The position numbers were made by a program, and so were the translations under genes. A DNA stretch of 64,000 bases from positions 129,158 to 193,157 of IMG/VR virus record IMGVR_UViG_3300008952_000003; one strand, 5' to 3'. This document shows, piece after piece, positions 9,977-19,912 of the stretch. This stretch comes from a virus. Every line of letters starts with the position of its first letter. The stretch's first letter is position 1. A model generated the notes under the pieces. The model did no database searches. It was not told where the DNA came from and saw only the letters and a list, made by a program, of their open reading frames with translations.

Positions 9977-12900
9977 ATGAAGAGAAAAAGTAGTAGCATC
10001 CCCTTTGTTGGGTTGCACGCTCATTCCGTCGCCGGAAGCATCTTTGATGCCCTTGGGTATCCACAAGAGCACATGGATTTCGCTTTCGAGAATGGTATGA
10101 GCGCCCTGGCCCTCACCGACCATGGGAACATGAATGGTCTCCCCCACCAGGTTCTCCACGCGAAGAAGATGAGAGAGGGTGGTAGGGAGTTTAAGCCCAT
10201 TTTTGGAATTGAGGCATATTTCATCCCCTCTTTAGACGAGTGGAGGGAGGATTACGACGCGGCCAAAGAAGATAAAAAGAGGCGCAAGACATTAAGTAAA
10301 GATGTAACAGCGACGACCGTCGAAGATGAAGACGCATCTAAAAAGGCCGTCAGAAACGTCTTGAATCGCCGACGACACCTTATCCTGCTCGCCCAGAATC
10401 AAGAGGGCTTGAATAACCTTTTCGCAATGATTTCAGAATCGTTTGGTCCGAACAATTATTATCGCTACCCGCGCGTTGATTATAAAACTCTAAAAAAGTA
10501 TTCTGAGGGCGTCATAGGCGCGTCTGCTTGCCTTGGTGGGGTATATGCCGGTAATTACTGGGAGAACCGCGAGAATGGGGAAGAATCGGTCCTGGAGGCC
10601 ATGCGTGAAACGACAAAACAAATGGTCGATATTTTCGGAGATCGGTGGTATGGAGAACTTCAGTGGAATAATATTGAAGAGCAGCACGTACTGAATAAGT
10701 ATATTATCAAAATGCACGAAGAGTTTGGAATTAAATTGATTTCCACTTCCGATTCGCACTACCCAAATCCGAAGGCATGGAAAGATCGCGAGCTTTATCG
10801 AAAGCTCGGTTGGCTGGGAAAGCCACGACCAGGATATGAGTCTGCCGAACTTCCGGCTGGAGTAGAAGAGATCGGATATGAACTTTATCCACGGAATGGG
10901 GATCAGATGTGGGAAGCATACAAGAAATACTCCGAGGAGTGCGGAGTGGAGTATGATGATGACCTGATTCTAAAATCGATAACTGAAACTCACGATATCG
11001 CTCATCAGCGCATCGAAGATTTTATGCCAGATAATACCGTGCGTCTTCCTGACTTTGTTATCCCACCTGGCGAAACAGCAGATTCTGCATTGCAGAAGTT
11101 TTGCTTTGAGGGGCTCCGAAGCCTCGGCCTTCATACCAAGGAGGAATATACCGATCGATTACGCATGGAGCTTGGGGTCATTTCTGATCGAGGCTTCTCT
11201 AAGTATTTTCTGACAATGAACCAGATTAGTCAAAAGGCTAATGAGGTAATGCTCACCGGCCCTGGTCGCGGTTCGGCTGCTGGATCTCTCGTTGCGTATG
11301 TGTTGAATATCACACAAGTCGATCCTCTAAAATATGGGCTGCAGTTTTCCCGCTTTATGCGAGCAGACGCAACCGACTATCCAGATATTGACTATGATGT
11401 AGCTGATAGCATGGGCCTGAAAGAGATGTTAATCAATGATTGGGGGGAGGATAAGGTGGCTCCAATTTCAAACTGGAACACACTGCAGCTTAAAAGCCTC
11501 ATTAAGGACATTTCAAAATTCTATGGCATACCCTTTAAAGAGGTCAATGACGTCACTTCTGTTATGATGGTGGAGGCTATTGGCCCCGCTAAACTGAAGC
11601 ACGGAATCAAGACGGGAATTTATAATCCCACTTTTGAAGAAGTCATGGAATTTAGCGAGACTCTTAGGGGATTCTTGGCTCGCTATCCGCATGTCAAGAC
11701 ACACGTTGAAGTTCTTTATGGTCAGGTCCGATCGTGTTCCCGGCATGCCGGCGGAGTCGTCGTAGGGGAAGACCTAAACTCCAGAATGCCACTTATCAAT
11801 TCTGGAGGAGTTCGTCAAACTCCCTGGTCTGAAGGTCAAAACGTCCGACATCTTGAGCCGATGGGATTTATCAAGTTTGATGTTCTTGGGCTCTCAACTC
11901 TCAAGATGATTGATGGCGCTATCTATCACATTCTTCGAAGGCATCACGGAATCGAAAATCCAACATTCGAGGACATCAAAGATTTTTATAATAAAAACCT
12001 CCATCCAGATGTAATCGACTTTGATGATCAGGAGGTTTACAAGAATATATTTCATGCTGGAAAGTGGGCGGGAGTATTTCAATTTACTGAAGTGGGAGCC
12101 CAGAGATTCTGCCAACAGGCGAAACCAGCAAATCTGATCGACCTAGCGGCAATAACCTCCATTTATCGACCAGGCCCACTAGGAGCTAATGTACACAATG
12201 ATTATGTGGAGGCCAGAGAGAACGCTCATCGACTCAAGTTTATTAATGACGAACATCGAGAAGTTACAGAAGAAACGTTCGGGTTTCTAATCTTTCAGGA
12301 GCAGATTGCTGAGCTTGCTCATAGGTTGGGGAAAGGTCTCTCTCTAGATGAGGGCAATGCATTGCGAAAAGTCTTGACCAAGAAGGGCACAGGCAAGGAA
12401 GCGAAAGTAAAAAAAGCTCTTCACTCAAAATTTGTAAATGGCTGTACGGAAAAGGGGATCCAAAGGGCAACTGCGGAAAGGCTATGGGAGACTTTCGAGT
12501 ATTTCTCCGGATACGGCTTCAATAAGTCTCACGCAGTTTCATATTGCATTTTGTCTTTCCAGTGTGCGTGGCTATTGAACTATTATCAAGTTGAGTGGCT
12601 CGCAGCATTCCTGGACAAGGAGCCGGAAACTAGAAAAGAGCGCGCCATTAATGTAGCAAAATCTTTCGGCCTCGGCATTAAGAGTTTAGATGTAAATTCT
12701 TCTGGTCGAGTTTGGGAGATTTCTGAAGATGGCAAAATGCTAATTCAGCCACTATCTTCGATCAAGGGCTTGGGAGACGCAGCAATAGATCAAATTGTTG
12801 GAAATAGGCCATTCGAAAATATCGAAGCTTTCTTGTTCAATGAAAAGATCATTTATTCAAAACTTAATAAAAAGAGCCTGGATGTTCTTTGCAGGAGCGG

Positions 12901-13408
12901 AGCCCTGCAGGGACTAGCTGATGAACGCTTCACTGGTGGAAAACACTTCTGGACCGCCATATGTATTGATCGACCACGAAAGGAAAAACACCTAGCTGAG
13001 AATATAAAAGAGTACGCTCCAGAGGGAGATTTTTCTGACGAGGAGAAGATCGGGTATCTAGTTGAGCTAACTGGGGTATTTCCTTTCAACAAGGTCATGA
13101 AACCAGAAATATATAAACAATTAAATGAAGCATTTATTCCGCCCATCGCGAATTACGATCCAGAGCTTTGCGAAGTGGTGTGGTTTATTCCCCGAACAGT
13201 GACAACGAAGAGGACAAAAAATGGAAAGCCGTATTGGATTCTTGAAGTTGTCGATGATACGAACACCCTAACTCGCATTCGATGTTGGGGAGTACAGCAG
13301 TATGATAGGATCCACATCAATAAGCCATACATGGCAAAATTAGAGTATAACGAGAAGTGGGGATTTTCAACCAGAAGTCTCCGAAGAAATTTTAGGATTT
13401 TAGCTTGA
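9977..13408 (+). CDS. dnaE: DNA polymerase III alpha subunit (family C)
   Basis: PHP domain (LHAHS, TDHGNM), GRGSAAGSLVAY, PDIDYD, KFDVLGL, FSGYGFNKSHA, C-terminal OB fold. Confidence 0.97.
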   Translation: MKRKSSSIPFVGLHAHSVAGSIFDALGYPQEHMDFAFENGMSALALTDHGNMNGLPHQVLHAKKMREGGREFKPIFGIEAYFIPSLDEWREDYDAAKEDKKRRKTLSKDVTATTVEDEDASKKAVRNVLNRRRHLILLAQNQEGLNNLFAMISESFGPNNYYRYPRVDYKTLKKYSEGVIGASACLGGVYAGNYWENRENGEESVLEAMRETTKQMVDIFGDRWYGELQWNNIEEQHVLNKYIIKMHEEFGIKLISTSDSHYPNPKAWKDRELYRKLGWLGKPRPGYESAELPAGVEEIGYELYPRNGDQMWEAYKKYSEECGVEYDDDLILKSITETHDIAHQRIEDFMPDNTVRLPDFVIPPGETADSALQKFCFEGLRSLGLHTKEEYTDRLRMELGVISDRGFSKYFLTMNQISQKANEVMLTGPGRGSAAGSLVAYVLNITQVDPLKYGLQFSRFMRADATDYPDIDYDVADSMGLKEMLINDWGEDKVAPISNWNTLQLKSLIKDISKFYGIPFKEVNDVTSVMMVEAIGPAKLKHGIKTGIYNPTFEEVMEFSETLRGFLARYPHVKTHVEVLYGQVRSCSRHAGGVVVGEDLNSRMPLINSGGVRQTPWSEGQNVRHLEPMGFIKFDVLGLSTLKMIDGAIYHILRRHHGIENPTFEDIKDFYNKNLHPDVIDFDDQEVYKNIFHAGKWAGVFQFTEVGAQRFCQQAKPANLIDLAAITSIYRPGPLGANVHNDYVEARENAHRLKFINDEHREVTEETFGFLIFQEQIAELAHRLGKGLSLDEGNALRKVLTKKGTGKEAKVKKALHSKFVNGCTEKGIQRATAERLWETFEYFSGYGFNKSHAVSYCILSFQCAWLLNYYQVEWLAAFLDKEPETRKERAINVAKSFGLGIKSLDVNSSGRVWEISEDGKMLIQPLSSIKGLGDAAIDQIVGNRPFENIEAFLFNEKIIYSKLNKKSLDVLCRSGALQGLADERFTGGKHFWTAICIDRPRKEKHLAENIKEYAPEGDFSDEEKIGYLVELTGVFPFNKVMKPEIYKQLNEAFIPPIANYDPELCEVVWFIPRTVTTKRTKNGKPYWILEVVDDTNTLTRIRCWGVQQYDRIHINKPYMAKLEYNEKWGFSTRSLRRNFRILA

Positions 13409-13433
13409 CACGAGAAGGAATGTGTGCTATATT
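13405..13433 (+). promoter_or_regulatory. sigma70-type promoter
   Basis: TTGACA-17-TATATT. Confidence 0.8.
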
Positions 13434-13458
13434 GATAGAGTAGGCAGAGGAGAATACT

Positions 13459-13644
13459 ATGAAGTTTACGAATGTAATTACTAAGATTGAATTTAGCAAA
13501 GAGGATATCCGCACCGCGCTAGCTGACTATGTTGATTTAAATCATCATCGACCTGGCTTGGCAGATAGCATTCGCAAGAACAATTTCAAAGTCACGACAT
13601 CCCCCAATGGAAACTTCAGTATCAAGGTGCTCTCTGTAAAATAA
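13459..13644 (+). CDS. small hypothetical protein
   Basis: SD GAGGAG, behind promoter. Confidence 0.6.
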   Translation: MKFTNVITKIEFSKEDIRTALADYVDLNHHRPGLADSIRKNNFKVTTSPNGNFSIKVLSVK

Positions 13645-13663
13645 GTTTTAATTTGGAGATTGA

Positions 13664-14665
13664 ATGTTACAAGTTGATATTATTCTGGGAGTGCAGCACG
13701 GCGATGAGGGAAAGGGAAAAGTTACCCATCACTTATTGAGAGAGGGAGACTACACCCACTGTCTTCGCTATAACGGCGGCTGCAATGCGGGGCATACAAT
13801 TTATCATAACGGACAAAAGTTCGTCACACACCACATCCCAGCCGGTGTCTTCTTTGGGGTGAAGAGTATCATCGGCCCAGGGTGTATTGTTGACATTGAT
13901 AAATTCTTCGAAGAGATCCAGATGCTGAGGGATGGAGGAATCGACGTCGATAGCAAAATATTTATTGCTAAAAATGCACACGTCATACAGAGAAAGCACA
14001 CCGACGCCGACGCAAATGAGATTCGCTTAGGCACCACCAGGACTGGTAATGGTCCGTGCTATAGCGACAAATATGCCAGGGTTGGCTCTCGTGCAGAATC
14101 GTTTGCTCGCCTTGTGCCATACCTCGTCGATATGTACGAGGAATTTTATATTGCGAACAGTAGCGCCACAGTCTTGTGCGAAGGAGCCCAAGGCTTCGCC
14201 CTGGACGTTGACTGGGGAGACTACCCGCATGTCACCAGCAGCCACTGCACCACTGCTGGCGCCATGTTGAACGGCTTTCCTCCTAAATCAATACGAAATG
14301 TTTATGGTGTTGCAAAGGTATACGAAACGTATGTCGGCTCAAAGAAATTCCAACCTACCGGCGAGGTTTTTGAAAAAATCCAAGAAGCTGGGCAAGAGTA
14401 TGGGGCCACCACCGGCCGCAAGCGCCAATGCAACTGGATGAATTTAAGTTCCTTAAACCGAGCCTTGAAGATAAACGGAGTAGATCACCTAATAATCAAT
14501 AAGGTCGATGTACTGGAAGAGGTTGGAGAGTGGTCCGTGGAAATCGGATATCCAGAAAACAGTTCTATGTTATCTTTCTGCAATAAAGACCAGTTCTGTG
14601 ATTACATTACCCGATATTTTGACGGAGTGGATATCACATTTTCCTCAAGTCCCGAGCAGATCTGA
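13664..14665 (+). CDS. purA: adenylosuccinate synthetase
   Basis: QHGDEGKGK, NAGHT, EGAQG, GATTGRKR. Confidence 0.96.
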   Translation: MLQVDIILGVQHGDEGKGKVTHHLLREGDYTHCLRYNGGCNAGHTIYHNGQKFVTHHIPAGVFFGVKSIIGPGCIVDIDKFFEEIQMLRDGGIDVDSKIFIAKNAHVIQRKHTDADANEIRLGTTRTGNGPCYSDKYARVGSRAESFARLVPYLVDMYEEFYIANSSATVLCEGAQGFALDVDWGDYPHVTSSHCTTAGAMLNGFPPKSIRNVYGVAKVYETYVGSKKFQPTGEVFEKIQEAGQEYGATTGRKRQCNWMNLSSLNRALKINGVDHLIINKVDVLEEVGEWSVEIGYPENSSMLSFCNKDQFCDYITRYFDGVDITFSSSPEQI

Positions 14666-14905
14666 GTGAAAGTAAAATATCCGATACTCGATCTCCATGG
14701 TGAGGAACACGACCGCGCAGACTTCTTAATTGAAAAGTTCATCACAGACAATATTGATGAACTTCCGCTGAAGGTCATCACTGGGTATTCTGAGTTTTTT
14801 ATCGATAAGACAAAAGAAATTGTCAAGAAGCTAAATCTTTTCTGCTACAAAGAGAACTATACAAATGATGGTTGCTGGATTATTCTTCGCAGTCCGTGGT
14901 TTTGA
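14666..14905 (+). CDS. Smr/MutS2-domain small protein
   Basis: LDLHG...KVITG motif. Confidence 0.75.
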   Translation: MKVKYPILDLHGEEHDRADFLIEKFITDNIDELPLKVITGYSEFFIDKTKEIVKKLNLFCYKENYTNDGCWIILRSPWF

Positions 14906-14915
14906 GAGAAAGTGC

Positions 14916-14944
14916 TTGACAAATGTTAGCAATCATGCTATATT
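14916..14944 (+). promoter_or_regulatory. sigma70-type promoter
   Basis: TTGACA-17-TATATT upstream of nuclease/MTase pair. Confidence 0.8.
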
Positions 14945-14967
14945 AATATTATAACTTAGGAGGAAAC

Positions 14968-15474
14968 ATGGCAGGAGGCATTCAGCCGGGAACATCAGCC
15001 ACTACAACGGAATCAGTGTTGTCGGAACAAAAACATATTGATCTTGTTTTATACGCAATTTCTTTGCGTCCGAATCTTTCGCTTAAAAAATCTGTATTGA
15101 TTGAGGACATTGCTGATCATCCGGCAGAGTATTCTAGGTGCGCCAATGGTAAATCTCAACGATGGGATGCTGATGGCGGCTTTATCACAACAAACGACGG
15201 TCAGGTTATCGGTGTTTGTGAAAACAAATATCAGGGTACCCGACAAAACGCGTGCGAGAGGGTTTGTAAATATCTAACATTTCTAGACGCCCACCAGATG
15301 TTTGTTTCTTGCGATGGTCCGGGTTTCGAAAAGAAGAATGGCGAAGGATCTACTGGTCCACTCGTTGATATGCTTAAGCATGCTGGTGCAGTCGTACTAG
15401 AAAACGAAACCCATGAAAAGTTCTTGGAAGCCATCAATGGCTGGCTCGATTCATTAGAGGCAAGATATTTATGA
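14968..15474 (+). CDS. EcoRI/MunI-like type II restriction endonuclease (putative)
   Basis: DADGG...CENKYQG...NACER matches EcoRI PDGG...EAKHQG...NAIER; overlaps the MTase start. Confidence 0.65.
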   Translation: MAGGIQPGTSATTTESVLSEQKHIDLVLYAISLRPNLSLKKSVLIEDIADHPAEYSRCANGKSQRWDADGGFITTNDGQVIGVCENKYQGTRQNACERVCKYLTFLDAHQMFVSCDGPGFEKKNGEGSTGPLVDMLKHAGAVVLENETHEKFLEAINGWLDSLEARYL

Positions 15475-16517
15475 AGCCACTGTTTATGTGGGCTGGAGGC
15501 AAGAAAAAGCTTCTCAAGAAATACGAACCACACTTGCCTGACAATTTTGAATCTTATCACGAACCTTTCTTTGGTGGTGGTGCGATGTTTGTCTGGGCAT
15601 ACGAAAAGAATCCTAATGCAAACTTCTACATCAATGACATCAATAAACATATTATTGGTATCTATAAGGCCGTTCGAGACGATGTGGAAACGTTCTGCGC
15701 GCATTTAGACGAGCTTCAAAGGGAGTATCTTGAACTGCCTGGCCCAAAAGAGCAGGGCGGAGAGACGAACAAGACCCTGCAGAAAAAGTACGCTCGCCCA
15801 GATAAGGGACGAGGCCGTAGAGACTGGGAGTCAATTTACAGAGAGCAAAAGTCTCGAAGGCATTATTATTTCAAAGTTCGAGACGAGTATGCTTGGGATC
15901 ACAAGAAATTAACTCCAGTCAATGAAGCTGCCATGCTGTATTTTCTAATGAAGACTGGGTTTAACGGCGTCTGGCAACTGAACAAGAACACTAACGGCAG
16001 ATTCGGCACACCTTGTGGCCTAATGAAGCATACTGATAAAGTGTACGACAAAGAGAATGTCATGGAGTGGCACAGAGCCCTCCAGAATTGTGAAATAACT
16101 TCTGGCGACTACAAGCAAACTTTAAGAGATGTTGGTCCCGGCTCTTATATCTTCTTGGATCCTCCTTATCGTGGGGGCTTTGCGGACTATGGAACAGAAA
16201 AAGACGATAACTTCCAGCAAGAAGTCGTAAATTATCTTAACGCTGCTGCAGCCAGAAAGGCATACTGTATGCTATCCAATCGTGACATGGGTGACGGATT
16301 CTTCGAGGATCGAAAAGGAAACAATCAAATTGAATATTTTGATGTAACTTACACGGTTGGGCGAAGAAAGAAAGTAGGCGTGGATGAGAATGGAAAAGAT
16401 ATATTCGAGGCTGTAAAGGCAAAAGAAATTTTAATGATTGGACTTGACAAAGAAAGTCAAACGTGCTATATTAATAATACAAACAAACTAGGAGTGTTAA
16501 ATGGGAACTGGATTTGA
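15471..16517 (+). CDS. dam: DNA adenine methyltransferase (Dam/D12 family)
   Basis: WAGGKKKL, EPFFGGG, INDIN, LDPPY. Confidence 0.93.
   Translation: MKPLFMWAGGKKKLLKKYEPHLPDNFESYHEPFFGGGAMFVWAYEKNPNANFYINDINKHIIGIYKAVRDDVETFCAHLDELQREYLELPGPKEQGGETNKTLQKKYARPDKGRGRRDWESIYREQKSRRHYYFKVRDEYAWDHKKLTPVNEAAMLYFLMKTGFNGVWQLNKNTNGRFGTPCGLMKHTDKVYDKENVMEWHRALQNCEITSGDYKQTLRDVGPGSYIFLDPPYRGGFADYGTEKDDNFQQEVVNYLNAAAARKAYCMLSNRDMGDGFFEDRKGNNQIEYFDVTYTVGRRKKVGVDENGKDIFEAVKAKEILMIGLDKESQTCYINNTNKLGVLNGNWI
16444..16472 (+). promoter_or_regulatory. sigma70-type promoter
   Basis: TTGACA-17-TATATT in the 3' end of the MTase gene. Confidence 0.8.
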
Positions 16518-16812
16518 AATTTTTGAAAACGTAGTGGAGATTCATCAAGAAGTTGAGGATGTCGATATGTCAACAAAAGAAGAAAAGATGTTGGAGTATG
16601 TTCAAGAACTTCAGAAGATTGAAGATCAGATGGAGCCACTGAAAGAGATGAAGCGCCAACTTAAAGCAGACTTTAAAGAAGCTGATTGGCTCACTGGAGA
16701 CGAGATCTCCATGACAGTCAAGGCTTATCGAATGCTCAAGACAAAAGACTTTGACTTCGATGAGTTTAGCAACGTTTATGAATCACTTGCGAAGATTGCT
16801 GGGAAGGTATGA
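16501..16812 (+). CDS. GapR / T4 DsbA-like small DNA-binding protein (putative)
   Basis: coiled coil EYVQELQKIEDQ...KRQLKADFK then ISMTVKAYRM, layout like DUF2312/DsbA. Confidence 0.45.
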   Translation: MGTGFEIFENVVEIHQEVEDVDMSTKEEKMLEYVQELQKIEDQMEPLKEMKRQLKADFKEADWLTGDEISMTVKAYRMLKTKDFDFDEFSNVYESLAKIAGKV

Positions 16813-17936
16813 TGGGAAATATAATACGAAACAAATTCACAGGGACTGATAAAAACAATAAATTAGACCTTCGACAGTTTCCGTCAAAGAAGATGTATTG
16901 CCCAGTCGCTCAATCAGAAAAGGCATGCTATTATGTTCCTTTGAGTATGGTTGATTCTTTGGGTCACAACCCAGGTAGAATAAAGGGGACTCAAAACGAT
17001 AATGTTCAGCGCATTGCAGAATCATTTCGCACAAATCCAGATGGACAAGAAGAGCCGGTTTGTCTTAGATGGTCGGGCATCCATGCAAACTTCGAGAGGG
17101 TTTACGGAGTTCATCGATGCGAAGCGGCCAATATTGTTCAAAATGAGGACAATATGACAATCGCCAATCATCCACCAAATACTGAACCCGGCATCTGGGC
17201 TTGGGTTTTTACTGGAACTGACGCCGAAAAAACACTAGTTCAAATGAAGGAGAATGGAAATAAGAAGCCTCAAAGTCCTGCCACCAAAGAAGAAATCGCC
17301 GGAATGTTAAAAAAGTGTATTGATCAGGGGGGCCTAGATTATTCTGAAGGAGGAAGATTTGCATCCCTTAGTGATGAAGACAAACGCAAGCGTGCAAAGG
17401 ACTTGCTGCTCAAGGAAGTTCCCCAATGGGGCGGAAGAAAGTTCCAAGGAGTGTGGAATGTTATCCTTGGTAGTGATGCACACTCATCGTATTCTAGTTT
17501 AAAAACTTGGACCAAAGAAAGAATTAGGGAATATTTTGCATATCACAATAAATATAATTTACCTATAGACGAAGTATTAAATACAAAGAAGAAGTCGCCG
17601 ATCATCGACGCGGGTGGAGTAAGATATAATATCAGATTTGTGGCAGATGTCCAAGAAATCACCGGAGCGCTCCCGACTCATGCAGCAAAGGCAAGGGAGA
17701 AAAAGAAAATAGATAAGACTATAGTTGTCGCTGGACTTGGAAGAACTACAGTAAAAAAGATTGAAACCGACAGAAAGCGTCTTATCAAGGAAGCAAAATA
17801 TTGGAACGAAAATATTTATTATTCTTTTGATGAATTATTATTTGTTCCCCAGACAACAGAAGAAACGGACAAGCATCTCCATAAGGGTGAATATGCTCTC
17901 GAAGTTGATCTTACAGAAAGCCAAGAAGAGGAATAA
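16809..17936 (+). CDS. ParB-like N-terminal domain protein
   Basis: NPGR...VQRIAESF...EPV...YGVHRCEA; paralog of 37587-38729. Confidence 0.6.
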   Translation: MMGNIIRNKFTGTDKNNKLDLRQFPSKKMYCPVAQSEKACYYVPLSMVDSLGHNPGRIKGTQNDNVQRIAESFRTNPDGQEEPVCLRWSGIHANFERVYGVHRCEAANIVQNEDNMTIANHPPNTEPGIWAWVFTGTDAEKTLVQMKENGNKKPQSPATKEEIAGMLKKCIDQGGLDYSEGGRFASLSDEDKRKRAKDLLLKEVPQWGGRKFQGVWNVILGSDAHSSYSSLKTWTKERIREYFAYHNKYNLPIDEVLNTKKKSPIIDAGGVRYNIRFVADVQEITGALPTHAAKAREKKKIDKTIVVAGLGRTTVKKIETDRKRLIKEAKYWNENIYYSFDELLFVPQTTEETDKHLHKGEYALEVDLTESQEEE

Positions 17937-18470
17937 ATGATTTTAGAGTATTACCGCACACGACCGAATGCTATTCCTCCAACCCGCGCAAATCCATCAG
18001 ACGCGGGATTGGATGTGTATTATAATCCAGAACACCCCCAGGAATTGGGGTTGAATCTGCGCCCAGGCGAGAGTAAGTTGTTTCCCACTGGTCTTAAATT
18101 CGGAGTGCCTCACGGCTATATGCTGGAGGTAAAGAATCGCAGTGGAAATGCATCGAAACGAAGTTTACTTGTTGGTGCCTGTGTTATAGATTCTGGATAT
18201 GATGGCGAGGTTTTTGTGAATCTCCATAATGTGGGGACGGAGACTCAATTTGTGAAAAGAGGAACGAAGGTTGCTCAAATCGTAATGGTACCGGTTGTAC
18301 ACTTCCGAGCGCTTGAGACAAATCGAGACAATCTATACGATTGGTATCCGATTACGATGAGTGGTCGCGGCGATGGTGCCCTTGGCTCAACGGATAATGA
18401 GAGCCCCCCACAAAACTCAATCGATTCTCGTGACACCCCCGGAAGCTGGGAACTTGGAGATCCTACATGA
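17937..18470 (+). CDS. dut: dUTP diphosphatase
   Basis: DAGLD, NRSG, GACVIDSGYDGE, RGDGALGST. Confidence 0.96.
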   Translation: MILEYYRTRPNAIPPTRANPSDAGLDVYYNPEHPQELGLNLRPGESKLFPTGLKFGVPHGYMLEVKNRSGNASKRSLLVGACVIDSGYDGEVFVNLHNVGTETQFVKRGTKVAQIVMVPVVHFRALETNRDNLYDWYPITMSGRGDGALGSTDNESPPQNSIDSRDTPGSWELGDPT

Positions 18471-19507
18471 AGATGAGAAAATGCTTATCATACGATGACG
18501 TGTTGCTCGTGCCTCAGTATTCTGATATAGTGTCACGATCCGAGGTAGACATTACAACGAGCCTATCTCCTGATTTAATCTTTGAATTTCCGGTGATCTC
18601 TTCGCCTATGGATACGATCACAGAAGATGATATGGCGGCTACCATGTCATCATTGGGAGGCCTGGGAGTTATCCATCGATATAACACGATAGAAGCCCAG
18701 TGTGATTTGGTGAGATCGGTAAAAGTCTCCTCCCCTGGCGCCACCGTATCCGCAGCTATTGGGGTGACTGGAGACTATATGGAGAGGGCCCAGTCGCTCG
18801 TCCGTGCTGGAGCAAGCATTCTTTGTTTGGATGTTGCTCACGGTCACCACATTCTTATGAAAGATGCACTTACGAGCGTTAGATCAATCTTTAATGAGCG
18901 CCTGCACATAATGGCTGGAAATGTCGCGACCAGGAAGGCCGCCGAGGATCTAGCAAAGTGGGGAGCAGATTCGATTAGGTGCAATATAGGTGGCGGTTCA
19001 ATTTGTTCCACGCGAGTTCAGACTGGTCACGGCCTTCCCGGATTTCAAACAATCGTAGATTGCTTTGATGCTACCTTTAATCGCGATATCAAAATTATCG
19101 CTGATGGGGGAATTCGAAATAGTGGGGATATTGTAAAGGCCCTCGCCGCTGGCGCCGACTTTGTGATGGTCGGGTCTCTGTTTTCTGGCACGTCGGAGAC
19201 CCCAGGGAAAATAATCAGAGATAAGGAAGGAAATAGCTTTAAGGCATATCGCGGAATGGCATCCTCAGAGGCACAAAGAAACTGGCGAGGACACACCAGT
19301 TCTCTGGAGGGTGTCTCCGCATTGGTTCCGTTTCGTGGCTCCGTCGAGAACATAGTAGATGAACTAAAGGTCGGAATCCGCAGTGGCCTCTCCTATTCTG
19401 GAGCTAGGAATATCGACGAATTGCAGTCAACCGCCGAGTTCGTTGTGCAGACATCTTCCGGCTTGGTGGAGAGTGGCACCCACATTAATGGCAGGTTCAG
19501 TGGCTGA
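18467..19507 (+). CDS. guaB: IMP dehydrogenase / GMP reductase family (no CBS domains)
   Basis: SSPMDT, GGGSICSTR, ADGGI, YRGMAS. Confidence 0.9.
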   Translation: MKMRKCLSYDDVLLVPQYSDIVSRSEVDITTSLSPDLIFEFPVISSPMDTITEDDMAATMSSLGGLGVIHRYNTIEAQCDLVRSVKVSSPGATVSAAIGVTGDYMERAQSLVRAGASILCLDVAHGHHILMKDALTSVRSIFNERLHIMAGNVATRKAAEDLAKWGADSIRCNIGGGSICSTRVQTGHGLPGFQTIVDCFDATFNRDIKIIADGGIRNSGDIVKALAAGADFVMVGSLFSGTSETPGKIIRDKEGNSFKAYRGMASSEAQRNWRGHTSSLEGVSALVPFRGSVENIVDELKVGIRSGLSYSGARNIDELQSTAEFVVQTSSGLVESGTHINGRFSG

Positions 19508-19829
19508 TTACGGAAAAAGGGAGAAGCGAATAAGTTTCATGGATACGGATAAACGAAATGCAGATTTGCTTATTAGGTTAAAGAATGATGGACTGACAAA
19601 GACAAAGTTTTTTCGAGCAATCCTTTCTGGGTATTTAGAGAGGGATCACGCCATTGTTGAGTTTGTGGAGAGGTTCAAGCTATCAGCGGGCCACCAAAGC
19701 CGCTCCAAAGCCGCAGTTGTTAAAGATTTAGAGGGAAAAGGAAAAAAGAATAAGGCAAAATATGGTCTTGAGGATAGAGAGATACAAAATATTTTCGATA
19801 TCCTTGAAAAAGAACATCCCGAATTATAA
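19500..19829 (+). CDS. small putative DNA-binding protein (RHH-like)
   Basis: GTG start overlapping upstream stop; RISF strand followed by two helices. Confidence 0.5.
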   Translation: MADYGKREKRISFMDTDKRNADLLIRLKNDGLTKTKFFRAILSGYLERDHAIVEFVERFKLSAGHQSRSKAAVVKDLEGKGKKNKAKYGLEDREIQNIFDILEKEHPEL

Positions 19830-19856
19830 ACTTTTGGGTTTTTTAAAAAACAAAAT

Positions 19857-19864
19857 ACTATTTA
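19857..19864 (+). promoter_or_regulatory. putative late promoter
   Basis: ACTATTTA upstream of 19913. Confidence 0.6.
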
Positions 19865-19912
19865 TTAATGATTATAATATACTGCTCTTGGTATATCTAA
19901 GGAGATCTTAAA

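Noticed and set aside
3673-13408. Inteins or introns in RNR, helicase or DnaE
   Set aside because: Lengths are normal, and I saw no intein splice-junction motifs or LAGLIDADG inserts interrupting conserved motifs
13664-14665. PurZ (Z-base DNA pathway)
   Set aside because: GDEGKG retains the PurA-type catalytic Asp and no dATPase/MazZ partner is evident nearby; kept as PurA
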